From: Solirubrobacteraceae bacterium | GTDB taxonomy: Bacteria > Actinomycetota > Thermoleophilia > Solirubrobacterales > Solirubrobacteraceae | NCBI GenBank assembly: GCA_036402735.1 | Contig: DASWSH010000212.1 | Location: forward strand, 1 to 49,695 | Direction of reading: 5' to 3' | DNA length: 49,695 nucleotides | Part shown: piece after piece, positions 45,468-49,695 of the stretch | How positions within the stretch are numbered: the stretch's first letter is position 1 | How the letters are laid out: the number at the start of each line of letters is the position of its first letter | Program-made: the position numbers and the translations under genes | The notes under the pieces: model-generated | The model's input: only the letters and a program-made list of their open reading frames with translations | Told to the model about the DNA's origin: nothing | Database searches by the model: none

Positions 45468-45836
45468 GTGTCCCCCAATCGCGTTCGCGTGAGCCGATTC
45501 GCGAGAGCATCCAGCGAATCGCCGAGCTGCACGCGCTGTGACACTGTTCGCCTAGTGGGCGAGTTCTACCACGCGAATGGAGCCGCGTTGATAGGTATTT
45601 ACACGGGTGCCATACGCACCGTCCATGCGGGAAGGCAATCGCTGATTGATGTCAACAACGGCGGGCTTTGCGATCACACGTCACCGGCGCTGTTAACAGA
45701 AAAGCTCCAATATTGGACATGGGGATTTTCACCGCATGAGCATGCCCGCAGGCACTTCTGGTAAGTGTGCTGACAGTTGACTTGGGTCGGCCCGATCAGC
45801 CTGTGCACCGATGAGGCGGACGGCGGTTGCCTCGGC

Positions 45837-46880
45837 CTAGCCGCCGATGTAGGACATCTCGACCCGCGCCGGCTCCGCGGCGGCGGCGGGCGCGGGCGCG
45901 GCGCCGTCCTCGCGAGACGGGGCCGCCGCCGAGCGCAGCGCCGAATAGCGGTCCTCGCGCGCCTCCCACACGGTGCGCAGCCGCGCCTCGATCTCCTCGT
46001 CCTGCGCGCCGTCGCGCAGCAGGCCTCGCAGGTCCTCGCCTTCGCTCGCGAACAGGCACGTGAACAGGCGCCCGTCAGCGGACAGGCGGGCGCGCGTGCA
46101 GGAGGCGCAGAAGGGGTTGCTGACGGAGTGGATCAGGCCGATCTCGCCGCCACCGTCGAGGTAGCGGTAGCGCGAAGCGACCTCGCCGGGGTGGCGTGGC
46201 GGCAGCGCTTCCAGCGGCCAGCGCGCCCCGATGCGCGCAAGCAGCTCCTCAGCGGGCACGACCTGCTCGTGCCGCCAGCCATTCGTGGTGCCGACGTCCA
46301 TGTACTCGATCAGCCGCAGTGTCACCGCACGTCCGCGGAAGCGCTCGGCCATCGCCAGCACGCTGTCGTCGTTGAGGCCGCGACGCACGACCATGTTGAC
46401 CTTCACCGGCGCGAGCCCGGCAGACTCCGCCGAGTCGATGCCGTCGAGTATCCGCTGCGCCGACACCGGTGCGTCGGCGATGCGCCGCAGCACATCGTCG
46501 TCGAGCGCGTCGAGGCTCACGGTCACACGCGAGAGCCCCGCCTGCGCGAGCGCGTGCGCGTGCCGCGCGAGCAGCAGCCCGTTCGTCGTCAGCGCGATGT
46601 CCTCGATGCCGGCGATCAGGGCGAGCTGCTCGACCAGCCGCTCGAGGCCGCGGCGCAGCAGCGGCTCACCGCCGGTCAGCCTGACCTTGCGCACTCCCAG
46701 CTCAGCGAAGCGCGCGGCGAGCCGCGCGATCTCCTCGAACGTCAACAGCTCCGCGCGCGGCAGGAAGCGGTGCGACGAGCCGTACACCTCGCGAGGCATG
46801 CAGTAGCGGCAGCGCAGGTTGCAGCGGTCGGTTACGGATATGCGCAGGTCGCGGACGGGCCGCTGCAGGCGGTCGAGCAT
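45837..46880 (-). CDS. moaA: GTP 3',8-cyclase
   Basis: LRISVTDRCNLRCRYCMP, LTGGEPLLR, FCASCTRARL..LFTCL, C-terminal MSYIGG. Confidence 0.97.
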   Translation of the reverse strand: MLDRLQRPVRDLRISVTDRCNLRCRYCMPREVYGSSHRFLPRAELLTFEEIARLAARFAELGVRKVRLTGGEPLLRRGLERLVEQLALIAGIEDIALTTNGLLLARHAHALAQAGLSRVTVSLDALDDDVLRRIADAPVSAQRILDGIDSAESAGLAPVKVNMVVRRGLNDDSVLAMAERFRGRAVTLRLIEYMDVGTTNGWRHEQVVPAEELLARIGARWPLEALPPRHPGEVASRYRYLDGGGEIGLIHSVSNPFCASCTRARLSADGRLFTCLFASEGEDLRGLLRDGAQDEEIEARLRTVWEAREDRYSALRSAAAPSREDGAAPAPAAAAEPARVEMSYIGG

Positions 46881-46921
46881 GGCTCCAGGCTACCCCGCCG
46901 TGCCGCGACTAAGCTGGCCGC

Positions 46922-47164
46922 GTGACCCGCGACGAATGGATCGCCGCCTTTGCGACCGAGACCGGTGTGCAACGGCCGAGCGCCGAGGAGATCCGCGACC
47001 TGCTGGACCTGGCAGGCCGCGCCGCGCACGCCTCAGAACGTACCGCCGCGCCGCTCGCCTGCTGGATCGCCGGCCGCGCGGGGGTGCCGCTCGACCAGCT
47101 GCTCGCCGCCGCAGACCGGGTCGGCGCCGCAGCGGGCGCAGACGACACCGGCAGCAGCGGCTGA
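46922..47164 (+). CDS. DUF6457-like small protein (MobA-associated)
   Basis: EWIAAFA..LLDLAGRAAHASERTAAPLACWIAG; TAAGCT 6 nt before GTG. Confidence 0.8.
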   Translation: MTRDEWIAAFATETGVQRPSAEEIRDLLDLAGRAAHASERTAAPLACWIAGRAGVPLDQLLAAADRVGAAAGADDTGSSG

Positions 47165-47204
47165 GGCGCGAGCGACGGCTCGGGGTCCCGAGCCTGCGAC
47201 GTTT

Positions 47205-47816
47205 TCATTCGAGCCATCGCCGCGCCCGGCGAAGATCGGCCGGCTCGTTGACGCTGAACAGCAGCCGCACGGGGTCGCCGTAGCGGCGCAGCCACGCCTC
47301 ATCGAGCACGGTGGCGCCGAGCTGCTCCAGGGTCTCCCCCATCGCCAGTCCCGAACGGGCGGCCGCTTCGAGCGCGGCGGCGTGAGCCGGCGCATAGCGG
47401 GCGGGCAGCGGCTGCAGACGACCATCGACGCTGATCGCCACCGTTCGCGCCTGGAGCTGCGCGAGGTCTCGCAGCAGCGCGGCGCTCACGAATGGCATGT
47501 CGCAGCCGAGCGCGAGCACGCCGCTGCCACGACCCTCGTCGCTGTGCAGAGCTGCGGCGAGCCCCCACAGCGGATGGCGCACGCCGGGCGGCTCGATCAA
47601 CACCGGCGCGGAGAGGGCCGGCAGGGGGCTGTCCGCGTGTGCGACCACGACCGCGCGCAGGCCTGCCGCGCTCGTCGCCGCCAGCGCGTGCTCGATCAGC
47701 GGCCTGCCGCCCAGCTCGGCTGCCGGCTTCTCGCCGCCGAGACGACGGCCGAGGCCGCCGGCCAGCACCGCGACGAGCGGCTCCGCCGCTTCGCCGTCGC
47801 TGCTCGGTGCGATCAT
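47205..47816 (-). CDS. mobA: Molybdenum cofactor guanylyltransferase
   Basis: VLAGGLGRRLGGEKP, HPLWGL, LGCDMPF, SVNEPADL. Confidence 0.88.
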   Translation of the reverse strand: MIAPSSDGEAAEPLVAVLAGGLGRRLGGEKPAAELGGRPLIEHALAATSAAGLRAVVVAHADSPLPALSAPVLIEPPGVRHPLWGLAAALHSDEGRGSGVLALGCDMPFVSAALLRDLAQLQARTVAISVDGRLQPLPARYAPAHAAALEAAARSGLAMGETLEQLGATVLDEAWLRRYGDPVRLLFSVNEPADLRRARRWLE

Positions 47817-47905
47817 CCGGGCAGTCTCGCACCGGATCGCGACTTCCAAAACGTCCGCTGCGGCGACGCATGGCCGTGCAACCAACCATCTAGAGTTGCG
47901 ATGCG

Positions 47906-49165
47906 ATGCCCGCCACAGACTCGGTCGAGATAGATGACGCTCGACGGGCGGTTCTCGAGCGGGTCGAGCCGCTGCCGGCCGTGCCCGTGCAGCTCGATCA
48001 TGCGCTCGGCCGCGTGCTCGCCGAGGACGTGGTTTGCGCGCACGATCTGCCCCCCTTCGACGGCTCCGCGATGGACGGCTACGCCGTCCGCGCAGCGGAC
48101 GTGCGCAACGCAAGCGCCGCCGCGCCTGTGCCCCTGCGCGTGATCGGCGAATCGCGCGCGGGCGCGCCGGCGCAGGTGGAGCTGGCCCCGGGCGCAGCGA
48201 TCGCGATCTCCACCGGGGCGCAGATCCCTCAGGGCGCGGACGCCGTCGTGCGACTCGAGCACACGCGAGCCCAGCGCGACAGCGACAACGACAGCGACAG
48301 CCACAGCGACGGCGAGCAGGTCGAGGTGCTCGAAGCCGTGCCCGCGGGAGCCGAGATACGCCGCGCCGGCGAGGACGTCCGCGCCGGCGCGCGCGTGATC
48401 GAACGCGGCGCGCGCCTCGGCCCGGCGGCGCTCGGCGTGCTGGCGTCGCTCGGACATACGCGGCCGCTGTGCTCCTCGCGACCTCGCCTCGCCGTGCTGA
48501 CGACCGGCGACGAGCTGCTCGCCCCCGGCACTCAGGGCCCACCGCGGCAGGGAATGATCCGCGACTCCAACTCGACGTCGCTCGCCGCACTTGCGACGCA
48601 GGCCGGCGCCGAAGCCACCGCCGCGGGCCGGATCGGCGACGAGCCGGGTGCTACGCGTGAGCGCATCGCCGCGGCTGCGGCCGCGGCCGACGTGACCGTG
48701 ATCTGCGGCGGCGTCTCGGTCGGCTCGCACGACCATGTTCGACCCAGCCTGCACGCGCTGGGCGCAGAGCAGGTCTTCTGGGGCCTGGCGCTCAGACCGG
48801 GGCATCCGACCTGGTTCGGCACGCTCGCCGGGAAGCCGGTGTTCGGGCTGCCGGGCAACCCCGTCTCGGCGATGGTCACGTTCCTGCTGCTGGTCGCGCC
48901 CGCTTTGCAGGCGATGCAGGGCGAACGCGCGCGCCGCGCGTCGATCAGCGCGGTGCTCGACGACGCCTACGAGAAGCCTGCCGGACGCGCCCATGCAGTG
49001 CGCTGCACGCTGCACGCCGGCGCGGACGGCTGGCATGCACGGCCCACCGGGCCGCAGGGTTCGCACGTGCTCACCTCGATGCTGAGAGCCGATGCGCTCG
49101 CGATCGTGCCGAGCGCCGTCAGCAGCGTCGCCGCCGGCGAACGGGTCGAGGTGGTGCCGCTGTGA
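47906..49165 (+). CDS. moeA: Molybdopterin molybdotransferase (gephyrin-like)
   Basis: PPFDGSAMDGYAV, ISTGA, TTGDEL, IRDSN, GGVSVG, FGLPGNPVS. Confidence 0.97.
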   Translation: MPATDSVEIDDARRAVLERVEPLPAVPVQLDHALGRVLAEDVVCAHDLPPFDGSAMDGYAVRAADVRNASAAAPVPLRVIGESRAGAPAQVELAPGAAIAISTGAQIPQGADAVVRLEHTRAQRDSDNDSDSHSDGEQVEVLEAVPAGAEIRRAGEDVRAGARVIERGARLGPAALGVLASLGHTRPLCSSRPRLAVLTTGDELLAPGTQGPPRQGMIRDSNSTSLAALATQAGAEATAAGRIGDEPGATRERIAAAAAAADVTVICGGVSVGSHDHVRPSLHALGAEQVFWGLALRPGHPTWFGTLAGKPVFGLPGNPVSAMVTFLLLVAPALQAMQGERARRASISAVLDDAYEKPAGRAHAVRCTLHAGADGWHARPTGPQGSHVLTSMLRADALAIVPSAVSSVAAGERVEVVPL

Positions 49166-49695
49166 GCGGCCTGCCGGCGCCCGCGCAGGGCGGCATCGCG
49201 ATCGAGGTGCGCCTGTTCGCGATCCTGCGCGAGCGCGCCCGTGCCGACACCGTGCGGCTCGAGCTGCCCGCACAGCCGACCGTGGCGGACGCGCTGCGCG
49301 CGCTCGGCGAGCTCGACGGGCTGGGCGAGCTGATCGGCCGGCTGCCCGTCGCCCTGGCGGTCAACCGCGAGTACGCCGACGAGCGCACGCCCCTGCGCGC
49401 CGGCGATGAGCTCGCATTGATCCCGCCGCTCAGCGGCGGAGAGCACGCCTCTTCTGCAGGCATCCATGTCGCGATCCGCGAGGATCCTCTGTCGGCGCAG
49501 GCGCTACGCGAGCGGGTCGCAGATGCCGCGGCCGGCGCCATCGTCGTCTTCGAAGGAGTCACCCGCGAGGTGCCGGCGCTCGAGTACGAGGCCTACGCCG
49601 AGATGGCGAGCGAGCGGCTTGCGGCGATTGCGCGCGATTGCCGCACGCTGCACGGGCTGTTGGCCGTCGCGATCGAGCACCGCACCGGCCGCGTG
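49162..49695 (+). CDS. Fused molybdopterin synthase MoaD-MoaE (MoaX-like), runs off window edge
   Basis: Manual translation: IEVRLFAILRERA..AVNREYA..GDELALIPPLSGG continues in frame, with no stop, into AGAIVVFEGVTREVPALEYEAYAEMA..AVAIEHRTGR. GTGA overlap with moeA. Confidence 0.92.
   Translation, partial: MSGLPAPAQGGIAIEVRLFAILRERARADTVRLELPAQPTVADALRALGELDGLGELIGRLPVALAVNREYADERTPLRAGDELALIPPLSGGEHASSAGIHVAIREDPLSAQALRERVADAAAGAIVVFEGVTREVPALEYEAYAEMASERLAAIARDCRTLHGLLAVAIEHRTGRV

Noticed and set aside
45222-45764. 180-aa plus-strand ORF in the insert
   Set aside because: No recognisable features, and it overlaps a better-supported minus-strand ORF with SD, signal peptide and hairpin.
46881-46921. 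Moco riboswitch upstream of moaA
   Set aside because: Only 41 nt of intergenic DNA, occupied by two leaderless -10 boxes; no room for one.

Overview
High-GC actinobacterial DNA. The gene families and the many leaderless TANNNT-N6-8-ATG starts suggest Thermoleophilia/Solirubrobacterales (inference). About 50 CDSs; no rRNA, intact tRNA, CRISPR or transposase seen. Left part (1-~22 kb): a scarred accessory mosaic containing a degenerate tRNA-Phe-like 3' half (possible att site), a frameshifted membrane gene, orphan C-terminal fragments of a quinone reductase and a PucR regulator, and several regulator-target cassettes with visible operators (SARP/STAND-FAD oxidase/GNAT, TetR-DUF2892-REC/TrxB-like, MarR-MMPL, LysR-SDRs). 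Middle (~24-36 kb): looks like a general-stress neighbourhood, with sigmaF/sigmaB-type promoters before a GT4 gene and a DUF892 pair (one ferritin-like protein has a histone-H1-like tail), an ECF42-type sigma with its DGPF partner, WS/DGAT, and a PP2C-STAS-RsbW partner-switching operon. Right part: an HpnO-like aminotransferase/epimerase pair, a second LtrA, FUSC, FkbM, DUF427 and a molybdenum-cofactor cluster (fdhD, moaA, mobA, moeA, fused moaD-moaE) interrupted by a ~1 kb atypical insert. All family assignments are from motif recognition by eye; no database searches were run.
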